DNA from: Escherichia coli
GTDB lineage: Bacteria; Pseudomonadota; Gammaproteobacteria; Enterobacterales; Enterobacteriaceae
Assembly: GCF_030384885.1 (NCBI RefSeq)
Contig: NZ_CP128613.1
DNA: 64,000 bases
Direction: 5' to 3' (one strand)
In this document: piece by piece, positions 28,580 through 40,618 of the stretch
How positions within the stretch are numbered: the first letter of the stretch is position 1
How the letters are laid out: each line of letters begins with the position of its first letter
Notes under the pieces: generated by a model
What the model saw: only the letters and a program-made list of their open reading frames with translations
The model's database searches: none
Told to the model about the DNA's origin: nothing
Position numbers and translations under genes: made by a program

Positions 28580-30034
28580 TTACCGGAACGGCGGTTCATT
28601 AAAGGTTCGTAATTTACGTGAATGCAGTCGGTCGCCTTCTGCGCGCAGCAAATCGATCGCACGAATGCCAATTTGCAGGTGTTCGGAAATAGCGCCTTCA
28701 TAAAAACGGTTAGCCTGACCGGGAAGTTTAATCTCACCATGCAACGGTTTATCTGAAACACACAGTAGTGTCCCGTATGGCACGCGGAAACGATATCCTT
28801 GCGCGGCAATGGTTGCACTTTCCATATCAATTGCCACGGCACGGCTTAAGTTAAAACGAAGTGCAGAAGCTGAGTAACGTAATTCCCAGTTCCTGTCATC
28901 TGTGGTTACCACAGTGCCAGTACGTAGCCGCTGTTTAACTTCCTCTCCGGGCCTGCCGCTGACTAACTTGGTAGCGTCATAAAGCGCACGTTGCACTTCA
29001 GCAATGCTCGGAATAGGAATATCGGGCGGCAGTACCGCATCAAGAACGTGGTCATCGCGTAAATAAGCGTGTGCAAGTACATAATCTCCAATGGCCTGGC
29101 TTTCACGTAAGCCACCACAGTGACCAATCATCAACCAGACATCCGGGCGCAGCACCGCCAGATGATCGCAGATGGTTTTAGCATTTGACGGTCCCACGCC
29201 AATATTCACCAGAGTAATACCCTGACCATCGGCGGTAATTAAATGCCATGCAGGCATCTGATGTTTTTTCCATGCAAGGTCGGAAATGGCTTCTTCTGGC
29301 GCTTCGGTTTCGGCGGTGATCCAGTTCCCGCCAGCACAAGAAAGGGCAATGTAGGGACTATCAGGGTCGAGGATCTGGCTGCATCCCCAACGAACGAATT
29401 CATCCACATAACGTGTGTAGTTGGTAAACAAGACGAACGGCTGAAAATGTTCAACTGGCGTACCGGTATAATGGCGCAACCGTGCGAGGGAAAAATCAAC
29501 CCGGCGCGCATCAAAATGAGATAGCGGGGAGAATTCCGTTGGATGATAAATGCCGTCTGCAGTTTCATCGCCAATTTGCGCCAGTTCTGTTGTCGGGAAG
29601 TAGCGAGTTAATCCAGCGCTCATTGAGCGATCAAGTGTCAATTCAGAGCCATCGATGACATAAGGATAAGGGATTTCATGTTGCGAGGGTTGCACAGAAA
29701 TATGCGCACCATAATCCTGATAAAGCAACGTTAGTTGCTCATTCAGGTACGAACGAAAGAGAGTAGGGCGAGTAATCGTGGTGGTGTAGCTGCCTGCGTG
29801 AGTAAAACGACCAAATGCGCGCGTTTTGGGGGGATTTGTTGTGCTACCGTCCCAGGTTACGGTCAGTTATGGATAGACAAAAAGACCTTCTTTACGGGCA
29901 TTTTCATCAGGTAATTCGCCACTTTTAATATAGTTGCCAATGGCATTGCGTAAAGCGACTACAGATTGCTCATACAGCGCGTCGAGTTTTTCCAGTGCCT
30001 GAGCTGGGGTCAGACCGGAGCCCTTATTATTCAT
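28580..30034 (-). pseudogene. amn: AMP nucleosidase interrupted by an in-frame TAA at codon 56
   Basis: ORFs 29867..30190 (ends ...DENARKEGLFVYP*) and 28580..29728 are in the same frame; the interval between translates without further stops as Amn-like sequence. Confidence 0.85.
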
Positions 30035-30135
30035 GTGTGTCTCCTGTTCCATACAATTACCGCACTTCCGATAGTATGTCACAGGAATGTGAAACAAAAG
30101 TGTAAGGCGAAGATCGGATGATCTTCGCCTGACTA

Positions 30136-31452
30136 TCAAGCGTGTTGATTGTCTTTCATCAACAAAGCGGTTATTGCAGAAATGAGGCATCCAGCCAGCA
30201 AATAAATGGCGACGCTATGCCAGTTTCCAGCAAAATAAGTGATGAGTGCAGCAGCAATAAAAGGTGTAAATCCACCGCCGACCACACTGGCAACCTGATA
30301 TCCGACTCCAGCTCCACTATAGCGATAACTGGCACCAAACATTTCGGTAAACATCGGTTGTTGCACGCACACCACCATGTCATGCGCAATGTTTGCCAGC
30401 ATTATGGAGAAGAAAACTATCCAGAAAATAGATTGTGCTTCAAGCGCTATAAAGAAAGGAAATGCGCTCAACGTTCCGATTAACGCACCTGTGATATAAA
30501 CTCTGCGGCGACCAAAACGATCGGCAAGCCAGGCAAAACAGGGAATTGTCAGGCAGCTTAATCCACCTACCAGCAAACCAATATTGAGGAAAAGTTCGCG
30601 CGGTAACCCCATATTCTGGGTTGAATAATTAAGTGCGAAGGCGGTAACGATGTACATCGTCAGCAACTCGCACAGTCGTAGCGCAATAATCTTCAGAAAA
30701 GCACCGGGATGTCGTAACAGTGCTTCGATAACCGGGATGCGTTTTTGCGCTGCCGCTTGATTATGTTGCTGTTGTTCAAATTCCGCGGACTCCTCCATGC
30801 CATTACGCACCCACAATGCCCCCAGTACCAGTACGATGCTAAACAGGAAAGGAATGCGCCAGCCCCAGCTTAAAAACTGTTCGTCAGTCGTCATCATACT
30901 GATCAATGAAACCAGTCCGGTTGAAAGCAGTAAACCTACACCGTAACCAACTTGTACACCGCTACTGTAAAAGGCTTTTTTATTCTTAGGTGCGCTTTCA
31001 ACGGAAAGCAACGCTGCGCCTCCCCATTCGCCGCCGACGGCAAATCCCTGAATGGCACGCAGTGTCACCAGTAAAATGGGGGCCCACCAACCTATGGTCG
31101 AGAAGGAAGGAAGAATGCCAATCAAGGCTGTCGCGATGCCCATCATCCAGACGGTCAGCATTAACATGCGCTTACGTCCCAGTCGGTCGCCAAAGTGACC
31201 GAAAATGACACCGCCAAGTGGACGGAAAAGGAAGCCGACACCAAAGGTGGCAAATGCGGCGAGCGTTCCCATTGCCGGGCTGACTTGCGGGAAAAACTCG
31301 CGATTAAACACCAGTGCGGCGGTAATGCCATAGAGTAAAAAGTCATACCAGTCGACGACAGCTCCGGCGAAACTGCCAAACGCAGCTCGTCGGGCGCGAC
31401 TTAACGAAAGCGTCCCATCATCGGGACGAGTGGAGATGAGCGTGGTGTCCAT
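30136..31452 (-). CDS. shiA: MFS shikimate/dehydroshikimate transporter
   Basis: 438 aa ORF, MFS sugar-transporter signature (GHFGDRLGRKRMLM). Confidence 0.92.
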   Translation of the reverse strand: MDTTLISTRPDDGTLSLSRARRAAFGSFAGAVVDWYDFLLYGITAALVFNREFFPQVSPAMGTLAAFATFGVGFLFRPLGGVIFGHFGDRLGRKRMLMLTVWMMGIATALIGILPSFSTIGWWAPILLVTLRAIQGFAVGGEWGGAALLSVESAPKNKKAFYSSGVQVGYGVGLLLSTGLVSLISMMTTDEQFLSWGWRIPFLFSIVLVLGALWVRNGMEESAEFEQQQHNQAAAQKRIPVIEALLRHPGAFLKIIALRLCELLTMYIVTAFALNYSTQNMGLPRELFLNIGLLVGGLSCLTIPCFAWLADRFGRRRVYITGALIGTLSAFPFFIALEAQSIFWIVFFSIMLANIAHDMVVCVQQPMFTEMFGASYRYSGAGVGYQVASVVGGGFTPFIAAALITYFAGNWHSVAIYLLAGCLISAITALLMKDNQHA

Positions 31453-31757
31453 AATGATCCTGTTTGTACTGTCTTTTTATAATTAGTATGGAAAAGGTAA
31501 CTCACATTGCCGTCGATCTATAAACGAACCTTATGAGACTACCGCGCCAGAGCGCTTCTGCAAATGATTTTATGGCTGATTAACGGCAACATGAAAAATT
31601 CGATGGAAGATGAAATCGCAGGAGTTGCATAAGGATTGAGCAGAGCACCTACAGTTTTGAGATATGAAACATAAAAGTCCGCATATGCACAAAATTGCAC
31701 CCTGATGATTCTGATAGACTGCATTGCATTTTAACCAGTAGGGAGGCGAGGTTAGGT

Positions 31758-32828
31758 ATGTTTTTAGCATCATTGTTGAGACGTATTGCATTTAGTTACT
31801 ACGATTATAAAGCTAATAATTTCAATATTGGAAAAACAGACTTTGTTGTTATCCACATTCCCGATCAAATTGGCGATGCTATGGCCATCTTTCCAGTTAT
31901 TCGGGCGCTTGAATTGCATAAAATTAAGCATCTTTTAATTGTTACTTCGACTATTAATTTAGAAGTCTTTAATGCGCTCAAACTTGAACAGACTAAATTA
32001 ACATTAGTCACAATGACTATGCAGGATCACGCAACATTAAAAGAAATAAAAGATTTAGCGAAGAACATAACACAGCGATACGGTACGCCGGATCTTTGTA
32101 TAGAGGCGATGCGTAAAAAGAACCTGAAAACGATGTTATTTATCAGTCAGTTGAAAGCAAAAACGAATTTTCAGGTTGTCGGTTTAACCATGAAGTGCTA
32201 TTCCCCTTTGTGTAAGAACGCGTCCCGGATGGATCAGAATCTCAGGGCTCCCGTACCCATGACATGGGCGTTTATGATGCGTGAAGCGGGTTTTCCTGCA
32301 GTCAGGCCAATATATGAATTACCATTAAGCGAGCAGGTAATAAATGAAGTACGTGAGGAATTGTGCACTTTAGGATCTTACATTGCGCTTAATTTAGATG
32401 GCAGCGTGCAGGAACGCACATTTTCGTTATCAGTAGCTGAGAAACTCATCGCCAAAATTCAAAGTGATAATGATATGCCAATAGTCATTGTTCATGGACC
32501 AAAAGGGGAAGATAAAGCCCGGAAATTAGCGGGTTGTTATAATAATGTCTACCGGCTATCCTTATCACCCTCGATTAAACGTTCAGCAGCAATCATAAAA
32601 GATGCTTATATCGCAATAACCCCTGATACCTCAATATTACATATGGCAAGTGCCTATAATACCCCCGTCGTTGCAATTTATGCTGATTACAAAACGCGGT
32701 GGCCTGCGATGGCAGATATCTCGGAGTCAGTGGTCGTTGGGCAAAAAATTGATCATATAAGTTTGGATGAATTCGGAAAGGCGCTAAAAAGTGCTTTGGA
32801 GAGAGTATGTGCCAGTACTTACGTATAG
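31758..32828 (+). CDS. yeeL: glycosyltransferase family 9 (heptosyltransferase-like)
   Basis: ORF 31695..32828, probable start MFLASLLRR; GT9-like C-terminal motifs; apparently intact here. Confidence 0.7.
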   Translation: MFLASLLRRIAFSYYDYKANNFNIGKTDFVVIHIPDQIGDAMAIFPVIRALELHKIKHLLIVTSTINLEVFNALKLEQTKLTLVTMTMQDHATLKEIKDLAKNITQRYGTPDLCIEAMRKKNLKTMLFISQLKAKTNFQVVGLTMKCYSPLCKNASRMDQNLRAPVPMTWAFMMREAGFPAVRPIYELPLSEQVINEVREELCTLGSYIALNLDGSVQERTFSLSVAEKLIAKIQSDNDMPIVIVHGPKGEDKARKLAGCYNNVYRLSLSPSIKRSAAIIKDAYIAITPDTSILHMASAYNTPVVAIYADYKTRWPAMADISESVVVGQKIDHISLDEFGKALKSALERVCASTYV

Positions 32829-33207
32829 AAGGTAATGCCGATCTATGCTGAACAGGGGACATTAATACCCTGAGGTTGGTCAATCACCACAAAAAAAACC
32901 TTTGAATCAAAGCAATACTCACCGAATAATAAGGCAACCTGAACTTAAATCCCCGTTAACTGGCATACATTATTATGACTTGCACTGATGTAATTAGCTA
33001 AATATTATCGTGATTTGACTAAATAGCAAAAATGATAGCTATCAAAAATAGCTCATATACTTTGTTTCCCGCTGCCGTAGAATAGATGGTCCTTCCATGT
33101 TTCAAGCATTTATTCAAAAAAAAGGGGGCTCGACTGTCTTACGATAAACAGAGAGGGATTGTAAAGTCGAGTGCCCCTAATGGAGCACTCTATAAAAAAA
33201 TCAACAA

Positions 33208-36200
33208 TCAAATGTTTTTATAACATGTCACATGAGAAAATCCAAGTTTTGCCATTACGCTTTGCTCACCTGTTGCCAGGGAAATTTCGTATTGTTCATT
33301 GGAGTTTGCGGGACTAGATGACCAATACATATCTGAATAAAAATCGGCTTCATTCATGTAATGCCCCATATCTCCCCATTCACTGTACAATGTCCCTATA
33401 CCTCGGGAACGACCCTGGCTTAAAAGGCTTGCACGGGGAAGCATGTAGCCATTGCTACTGCAAAAATTTTCAGCAAGGCTGTATATCATGAAAGAATCGC
33501 CGGAGTTTACCCACCAACTCTTCACCCGGATTTCGTATATATAGCCAGGGCCTCCTGATTTTGGCGTCGCTGTAATCGTTACCCAACTGCTTCCGACATT
33601 TTTAAATGTCACTTTACCGGTAGCGTCAACATCGACCCAGGAGGCAGAGCTTGAAAACTCATAATCAGCCGCCGTTTTGCCCGGGGAAAAGTTGTCATTA
33701 TTCAACTGATAATAAGCCCCAGTGAACCCCTGCGAAGGGAATGTAGTTGTCGGTAGGTTAGCACCATTGACTAACACGGTACCGCTCATTATTTTGTCTT
33801 CTGCGCGAGTGAATTGTATTGTGGTACTCAGACCCGCTTGATGAACACCATTCAATACAGGGATCAGCGTTGCGATACCCTCTCCGCCTCCTATAACAGT
33901 GGCTTTGTAATCACCGTTGATATTTTGACTGTAATCAATTGCGCTAATTTTCACATAGGGCACGTTAGTACCTGATTGCACAAATTCCATCCCTTCAGAA
34001 ACTTTGATCGGATTGCCTGATATATCGTGCAAAACAAGATGTAGCTCAGCACTATCGGTATAGTCCCCTTTTAGTGATGACCGATTGTTCTTAAGGACGG
34101 ACTGCGAGGCGTCTGCCGGGCCTGCCACCAGCGTTATATTAGCTGTTTGCGTTGCACCTGTGCTCGTTCCTGCACTAACAGTTACGCTCCCAGTTCGCGC
34201 ACTTTTCAAGGTGGTTGTCGCAAATCCGTGTTGATCGGTCACCGCTGTTAATGACCCTAATGTGGCAGAGCCACTTTTTAATGCGAAGTTCACATTGACG
34301 CCTTCGACTTGGTTACCACTGCCGTCCTCAACAGTAGCCTTCAGCGTGCTGATATCGCTGTCGTTGGCAGTGATAGTTGACGGATCAGCGCTCAGGCTGA
34401 CCACATGGGCTGTGCTTTGGTTGCCAGTAACTTTCACGATTGTCTGCGCCTGAATAATTACGCCACTAGTGATAGATGCTGTAACCGTATACGTACCGAC
34501 TTTATTGCTGGTCAGAACGACTTGTGCCTCCCCGGAAGGATTGGTTTTCATTGTTTCGCTACTTAACGTTGCATCTTCTGGCGTTACGCTAAAGGTAACG
34601 AGTTCATTGTTCACTGGGGCCCCATTTGGATTGGTTAGCCTTACTGTCAGAGTTGAACCTAATGGGTCATTGATGCCGATAAGTGGACTTGATGCTGTGA
34701 GTGTCAGTTTTAAATCGATTACCACCAGGTCCTTCTCATAAGAGGAGCCATTCGCCAGGGATGCTTGCACAGTATACGAACCGTATCTATTGGGCGTCAT
34801 GGTGACCTCGGCTATACCCTGTGTATTCGTAGAGACCGTATCCTGACTAATGACCATGTTAAAAAATGACGGCTCTGCACTGAATGTCACAAGCTGTTCA
34901 GAAACTGGATTGCCAAACTGGTCGTCGACGTGCGCTTTAACCGCCAGGGGGGTTGCGACCATAACCTGACCTTCAGGCATTTCCAGACTGGTGATCGTCG
35001 CAGAATCAGCATCTGCTTTGACAGTCAACGTTTGCATGATGGTATCTGTAGGTGCATTTGCCAGATTAGCCACAACAATTTTCGTCCCTGCAATGGTGCT
35101 TGTTACAAGAATTTCTGCCTTACCCTGAGCATCTGTTTCAGCGGTGGTGTTACTCAGCGTGGCGGATAAGCCGCGGAAATTGACCTTGATGCCTTCTAAT
35201 GGATTGTCATAAGCGTCAGTGACACTTGCCGTCAGGGTCGCACCCTCGGTTGTGCTGGCGATTAATGAGCTTGATGATGCGGTAAAATCAGCCAGTTTAG
35301 CGGTACTCGCATCGGCAAGCAAAGTCACCGGCCTCGTATCACTGACACCATAACTGTCCACGCTGACCGTCACGGGATAGGTGCCGGACTTCGTACCGCT
35401 TAGTGTAACTTCCGCCTTGCCGTTGATGTCAGTAATGGCGGAACCGCCTTCTCCAAGAGTGAAGCTTGCACTCACATCTGCCGGTAGTGTGAATGTCACC
35501 GGCTCATTGGCTAACGGGTTGCCGTGTCCATCAGTCACCGTTGCCTGAAGTTGGGTCATCCCAACGTTATTGGCGATAAAGTTGTTCTCGGTAACGTTCA
35601 GATTAACCTGCGCTGTGAGCGTATCCGCAATAAAGTTCACCACCAACTGCTCACTCTTACCGCCAGCCATCGCTGCTGTCACGGTATGTGCTCCTGCTTT
35701 TGTACCTTTCAGTGTGACTTTCGCTTTGCCTTCAGCATCAGTAACCGCTTTACCGCCATCGCTCAGCGTGAAGTTTGCCCTCACATCTTCCGGGAGAGTA
35801 AATGTTACTTCAGTGTTGGCTATCGCATTGCCCTCTGTATCTGCGACTGTTGCTGTTAATGTCGTGAGATCGTTATTGTCGGCAATCACCGGATCTTTTG
35901 AGGCTCCCAGCGTGATTTCAGCATTCGCCACGTTCGGCACATAGGTCACTGTTTGTTGTATCGAATCGCCATTGTCGAGCGTTGCCGTCACTTGATAAAC
36001 CCCGGCTTTTGTAGCGGTAAAGCTTGCGTAAAAATGGCCGTAGGAGTTGGTAGTATATATAGCGTTATTACTGGGGGTCACACCTTCACTTGGCGAAACG
36101 CTGATGGTCACCTTATGTTGGGGTACACCGTTTCCGTAATTATCGTTTACCACAACATACAGATCGGTCGTGTTGCCTGCGGAGACTGTATCAGTAAGTG

Positions 36201-37251
36201 CTTGTAACAAGGTGATATGTGCCGTAGACGCATCAGCGTTGACATTAATTGATGTGCTAAGCGTGGAGCTACCATTTTCCAGACTGGCCTCAACGGTATC
36301 CGGCCTCCCTCCTGATTCTGCCGAGGAACGGGTATTGGTATAAGTGACGGTTGCCTTACCCTGTTCGTTCGTTACGGCTTGGCCGCCATTCGTCATTTCA
36401 GCAGAGTTTGTACTGCTGGTGAAACTCACAGTTACACCTTTCACCGGAAAGCTATTATTATCAACGACTGTCGCGGTGATGACGCTGCCGGTGCTATTCT
36501 GCGGGGTACCAGCGATTATGCTGTTTGGGACAGACGTCAACCCAATAATTTTTGCCGCAGCTGTGTCGCCAATAAAGTGCACAGTTTTGTGGTCGCTGGC
36601 ACCATTATTAGCAAGTGATACAGTGACCGTCTGCTCACCAAAGGCAACGCCTACGAGAGTGGCCTGCGCGATGCCAGACTCATTGGTATTACTCTCCCCT
36701 GGGGTGAGGGTGAGGCCTGAAGAGGCTGAGCTGAATGTTACCGGAAGATTGTTCACCTCATTGTCGAACTGGTCTTTAACCGTTGCAGTTAACGTTGCAC
36801 TATCGACGCCATTACCCGTGATCTCATCTTTTGACATCTGCAGGGCAACCTGAGCCGAGGTTTTGTCTGCCACAAATGTTACCGGCTGCGATTCACTGGC
36901 ATTGTTATTAATCAGCGTCGCGGTAACTGTATGCGTGCCCGCTTTTTTACCTTTGAGGGTGACATGCGCTTCCCCATTGGCTTGGGTGACGGTAATACCG
37001 TTATTTTCAAGGGTAAAGTTTGCCGCGACGTCTTGTGGCATGGTGAAATTCACCGCTATCCCCGCCACCGGATGATTCGACGGATCTTTCACTGTAGCTG
37101 TCAGCTGCACACTGTCGCTGTTATTCGTCACCACCTGGTGAGCAGGAATGTTCAGCGTGAGCCGCGCGTTGCTGGCATCGGGAGCAATATTGACTGTCTT
37201 CGAATCGCTATTGCCGTTAGGCAGAGTGGCTTCGGCTGTATGAACACCCAA
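33208..37251 (-). pseudogene. yeeJ: inverse-autotransporter adhesin, 5'-truncated (Big-domain array and C-terminal lectin-like domain retained)
   Basis: 1347 aa ORF of repeated bacterial Ig-like modules (VTLKGxKAGTHTVTA...) ending ...CYKNI; no signal peptide, LysM or beta-barrel region upstream; ORF abuts hypE fragment. Confidence 0.8.
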
Positions 37252-37286
37252 TACCGCGCCTTTTAGGGTAACTTCAGCAAACCGCC

Positions 37287-37535
37287 ATGGCAGCTAATAT
37301 GCTGGGTGTTGACGTCATTAATCTCGCTAATGAAGGTTGTTTGTGCCTGTTTGTTGAACCTGAGTATGCTCAGAAGGTACTACATTTGCTGCAGGAGCAT
37401 CCTGTCGGCAAGCACGCGACAATTATCGGCGAGATCACCGCTGTCTCGGGTACTGAAGTCTATATGATTGAAGCTGATGGAACACACACAGAAGTCGAGG
37501 AATTATATGGCGCAGAATTACCCAGACTCTGTTGA
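37287..37535 (+). pseudogene. HypE-like C-terminal fragment (ends with conserved PRxC)
   Basis: 82 aa ORF ...HPVGKHATIIGEI...ELPRLC matching HypE C-terminus including terminal Cys; N-terminal about 250 aa absent. Confidence 0.7.
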
Positions 37536-39885
37536 GCTTCACGAGACGCCGGAAACCCGGCGTTACCGCATCTGTGGGGTCGTTCAGGGCGTTGGATTTC
37601 GTCCCTTTGTTCACCGACTGGCCCGCACCTATGGTGCCACCGGCTGGGTGTTAAACGATTCAGAAGGCGTGTTGCTTGAGCTGCAGGCATCCGGCACGGT
37701 TATTGCCAGAATCATGGACAAACTGGTGACCGAGGCACCACCACTGGCAAAAATCATCAGTACGCAGGAAGTTAGCCCAACGGATACCAGAGCGCACTAT
37801 GAAACGTTCAGCATCCGTAAAAGCCGCGATCATACCAGCATGGACACGATTATCCCGCCAGATACCAACGTCTGCAGCGATTGCCTGCGCGAGATAAGCG
37901 ATCCTGATAATCATCGTTATCGTTACGCTTTCACCAATTGCACCAATTGTGGGCCGCGCTATTCCATTATTCTTGGTATGCCTTACGATCGTGCCCAGAG
38001 CACTATGCGTAAATTCCCTTTATGTCCAACCTGTGAGCGTGAATACAACGATATTGAGGATCGACGCTATCATGCCCAGCCCAATGCCTGCCCAGTTTGC
38101 GGCCCACAGTTGCAACTTACCGATCGACAGGGCACATCCGTTCACACAGATGATATTGTCAAATTTGCCATTACGAAACTAAAAGAAGGCGGAATTCTTG
38201 CAATAAAGAGCCTTGGTGGCTTTCATCTCGTGGCCGATGCTTGCAATGAGAATGCTGTCAATGAACTTCGGCAACGCAAGCGAAGAGACGCCAAACCTTT
38301 TGCAGTGATGGTCGCGGATGTGGAAAGCGCGTCGCGTATTGCTTTCATCCCCCCCTGTAATCACAAATTGCTGGAAAGCCCGCAGCGTCCCATTGTCTTG
38401 TTGTATAAGCGCAACGTCCTGCTGGCGAGTACCGTTGCGCCACATAATCCGAACATCGGTGTAATGCTGCCTTCAACGCCGCTTCAGCATTTATTGCTGG
38501 AAGACCCGTCTCTGCCGATCCTGATTATGACCAGCGGTAATATTTCCGGTCATCCGATCGTCTTTGACAACGACATGGCAATTAAGCAACTCGGGAAAAT
38601 CGCGGATTACTTCATTCTGAATAATCGCGATATTCATACGCGTGTTGACGATTCGGTGGTCCGCACGGTGTTTCGCAACGACGCCATTACCTCGCAGCTA
38701 TCGTTTTTGCGCCGCTCCCGCGGTTACGCGCCATACCCTATTCATCTACCTTACGCAGTGGATTCCGTTATCGCGCTCGGGGCGGAGCTAAAAAACACGA
38801 TCAGCATCGGCAAAGGAAAACAGGTTTTTCTGAGCCAGCATATTGGCGATCTTAAGAATAACGTGACTTTTAAATCACATATCGAATGTATTGATCATCT
38901 TCAAAACCTGCTGAACGTGAAGGCAAATGTCGTGGCCTGCGATTTGCATCCCTCTTTCCGCTCTACCCGGCATGCGCTGGAGAATTTAGAGCATCAGGTT
39001 GTTCAGGTTCAACACCATCACGCGCATATGGCATCCTGCATGGCGGAAAATGGCCTGTCAGGTACTACTCTAGGCGTAATTTTTGACGGTACAGGATATG
39101 GCACCGACGGCACCATTTGGGGCGGTGAGTTTCTCGTTGGTGATTTCGAAAAATTCGAGCGTGCAGGATGCTTGCGTTCAATGACCCTGCCCGGAGGCGA
39201 TCGGGCAGTTAAAGAGCCGCTGCGCGTCGGCATCTCCTTACTGGTGGAAACCTTCGGCGAAGATATCAGTACGCTCGCAGTACCAGGCTTGCAGGCGCTC
39301 CAGCCTCAGCAGCGCGATATATTCAGTAAAATGGCGACCAGAAAAATCAACACCACCACGACCAGCAGCATGGGCAGACTATTTGACGGCATCGCCGCGC
39401 TGATGGGCGTTTGCACTCAGGTGGAGTACGAAGCCCAGGCGGCCATTGAACTGGAAGCGCTGCTGCAGTGTAAACTTCATATGACGGCTCCGTTCAGCTA
39501 CATCATTGCCGATGTCGAGAATAAGCTCGAGGTGGATTATCGCCCGATGATAAGGGAACTGGTGCAATGCTTCAGCCAGCCCGGTTTTGATATGGCCGAA
39601 CTAAGTCGGCGCTTTCACTCTACCATCGTCGACATGATTTGCGAGGTCTGTAAACGTCTGGTGGCACGCTCAGGCACGCAACAAATTGTCCTGAGCGGCG
39701 GCGTGTTCTGCAATGAATTCATCCTCGTTAATTCTCTTAACAGTCTGGAGTCTTGTGGATTCCGGCCTTACAGCCATCAGTTAGTTCCGACTAACGATGG
39801 TGGTATTTCATTGGGGCAAGTGGTTATTGCTACCGCATACACTCGCGCAACGCGCAATAAAAATCTGGAGAGAGAAAATGCATAG
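37507..39885 (+). CDS. HypF-like carbamoyltransferase (acylphosphatase, two Zn-fingers, YrdC, Kae1 domains)
   Basis: ORF 37468..39885; RBS gagga before ATG 37507; acylphosphatase motif VQGVGFRPFV, two CxxC...CxxC pairs, YrdC and Kae1-like regions. Confidence 0.85.
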   Translation: MAQNYPDSVELHETPETRRYRICGVVQGVGFRPFVHRLARTYGATGWVLNDSEGVLLELQASGTVIARIMDKLVTEAPPLAKIISTQEVSPTDTRAHYETFSIRKSRDHTSMDTIIPPDTNVCSDCLREISDPDNHRYRYAFTNCTNCGPRYSIILGMPYDRAQSTMRKFPLCPTCEREYNDIEDRRYHAQPNACPVCGPQLQLTDRQGTSVHTDDIVKFAITKLKEGGILAIKSLGGFHLVADACNENAVNELRQRKRRDAKPFAVMVADVESASRIAFIPPCNHKLLESPQRPIVLLYKRNVLLASTVAPHNPNIGVMLPSTPLQHLLLEDPSLPILIMTSGNISGHPIVFDNDMAIKQLGKIADYFILNNRDIHTRVDDSVVRTVFRNDAITSQLSFLRRSRGYAPYPIHLPYAVDSVIALGAELKNTISIGKGKQVFLSQHIGDLKNNVTFKSHIECIDHLQNLLNVKANVVACDLHPSFRSTRHALENLEHQVVQVQHHHAHMASCMAENGLSGTTLGVIFDGTGYGTDGTIWGGEFLVGDFEKFERAGCLRSMTLPGGDRAVKEPLRVGISLLVETFGEDISTLAVPGLQALQPQQRDIFSKMATRKINTTTTSSMGRLFDGIAALMGVCTQVEYEAQAAIELEALLQCKLHMTAPFSYIIADVENKLEVDYRPMIRELVQCFSQPGFDMAELSRRFHSTIVDMICEVCKRLVARSGTQQIVLSGGVFCNEFILVNSLNSLESCGFRPYSHQLVPTNDGGISLGQVVIATAYTRATRNKNLERENA

Positions 39886-40618
39886 TTCTGCGAACCGTAT
39901 TGCCGCTGTTTTATTCGATATGGATGGTGTCCTTATTGATTCCAATGCGGTGATTGAGCGCGGCTGGGCTGAAGGCGCACAGATGTTTGGCAAGACGCTA
40001 ACGGAAGAGGATATCGTCAGGCATATTCACGGACAGCCCGGCCCGCATACCATTCGCGCCCTGTTCAGCGACCTTTCCCTGGAAGATCAAAAGAAGGTCC
40101 AGTCACATATCATCCACGTTGAAAATACCGCTGATTACGACCCGATCCCTGGAGTTAGCGAACTTATCCAGGCGTTGCATAAGGCTGGCATCAGTGTGGG
40201 GATTGTCACTAGCGGCTGGCGGTCGAAAATCGATCGTATTATGGAGATGCTGCAAATCACGCCCTGTATTTCAGTGATTGTCGAACGTGATGATGTCGTG
40301 CGCGGCAAGCCTTATCCCGATCCTTATCTGCTTGCCGCAGAGCGGTTTCATCTTGCACCGTCCAGAACACTGGTCTTTGAGGATTCAAGAAGCGGCGTAA
40401 CATCTGCTGTTACAGCAGGCGCAATTTGTGTTGGCATCGGTACAGACAGTCTGAAAGAGTGCGGTGCCGTGCTTGCAATTACAGATTTTCGTAATGTGAA
40501 AATCACCTCACAGACAGGCGAAAAAGTAGTGATTGCCTTTACTCCAGAGCACCAGATGGAGATGGAAACTCAGAGCTCTCGTAAGAAAACATCCTGTACC
40601 ACAAGAGAAGAGTGCTAA
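39878..40618 (+). CDS. HAD-superfamily hydrolase (beta-phosphoglucomutase-like subfamily IA)
   Basis: ORF 39797..40618, start MHSSANRIAAVLFDMDGVLIDS (DxDG motif), start overlaps hypF-like stop. Confidence 0.8.
   Translation: MHSSANRIAAVLFDMDGVLIDSNAVIERGWAEGAQMFGKTLTEEDIVRHIHGQPGPHTIRALFSDLSLEDQKKVQSHIIHVENTADYDPIPGVSELIQALHKAGISVGIVTSGWRSKIDRIMEMLQITPCISVIVERDDVVRGKPYPDPYLLAAERFHLAPSRTLVFEDSRSGVTSAVTAGAICVGIGTDSLKECGAVLAITDFRNVKITSQTGEKVVIAFTPEHQMEMETQSSRKKTSCTTREEC

Noticed and set aside
34262-37266. Multiple plus-strand ORFs of 60–170 aa inside the yeeJ coding region
   Set aside because: They are antisense to a long repetitive Big-domain gene, where repetitive low-stop sequence generates open frames; no independent support.
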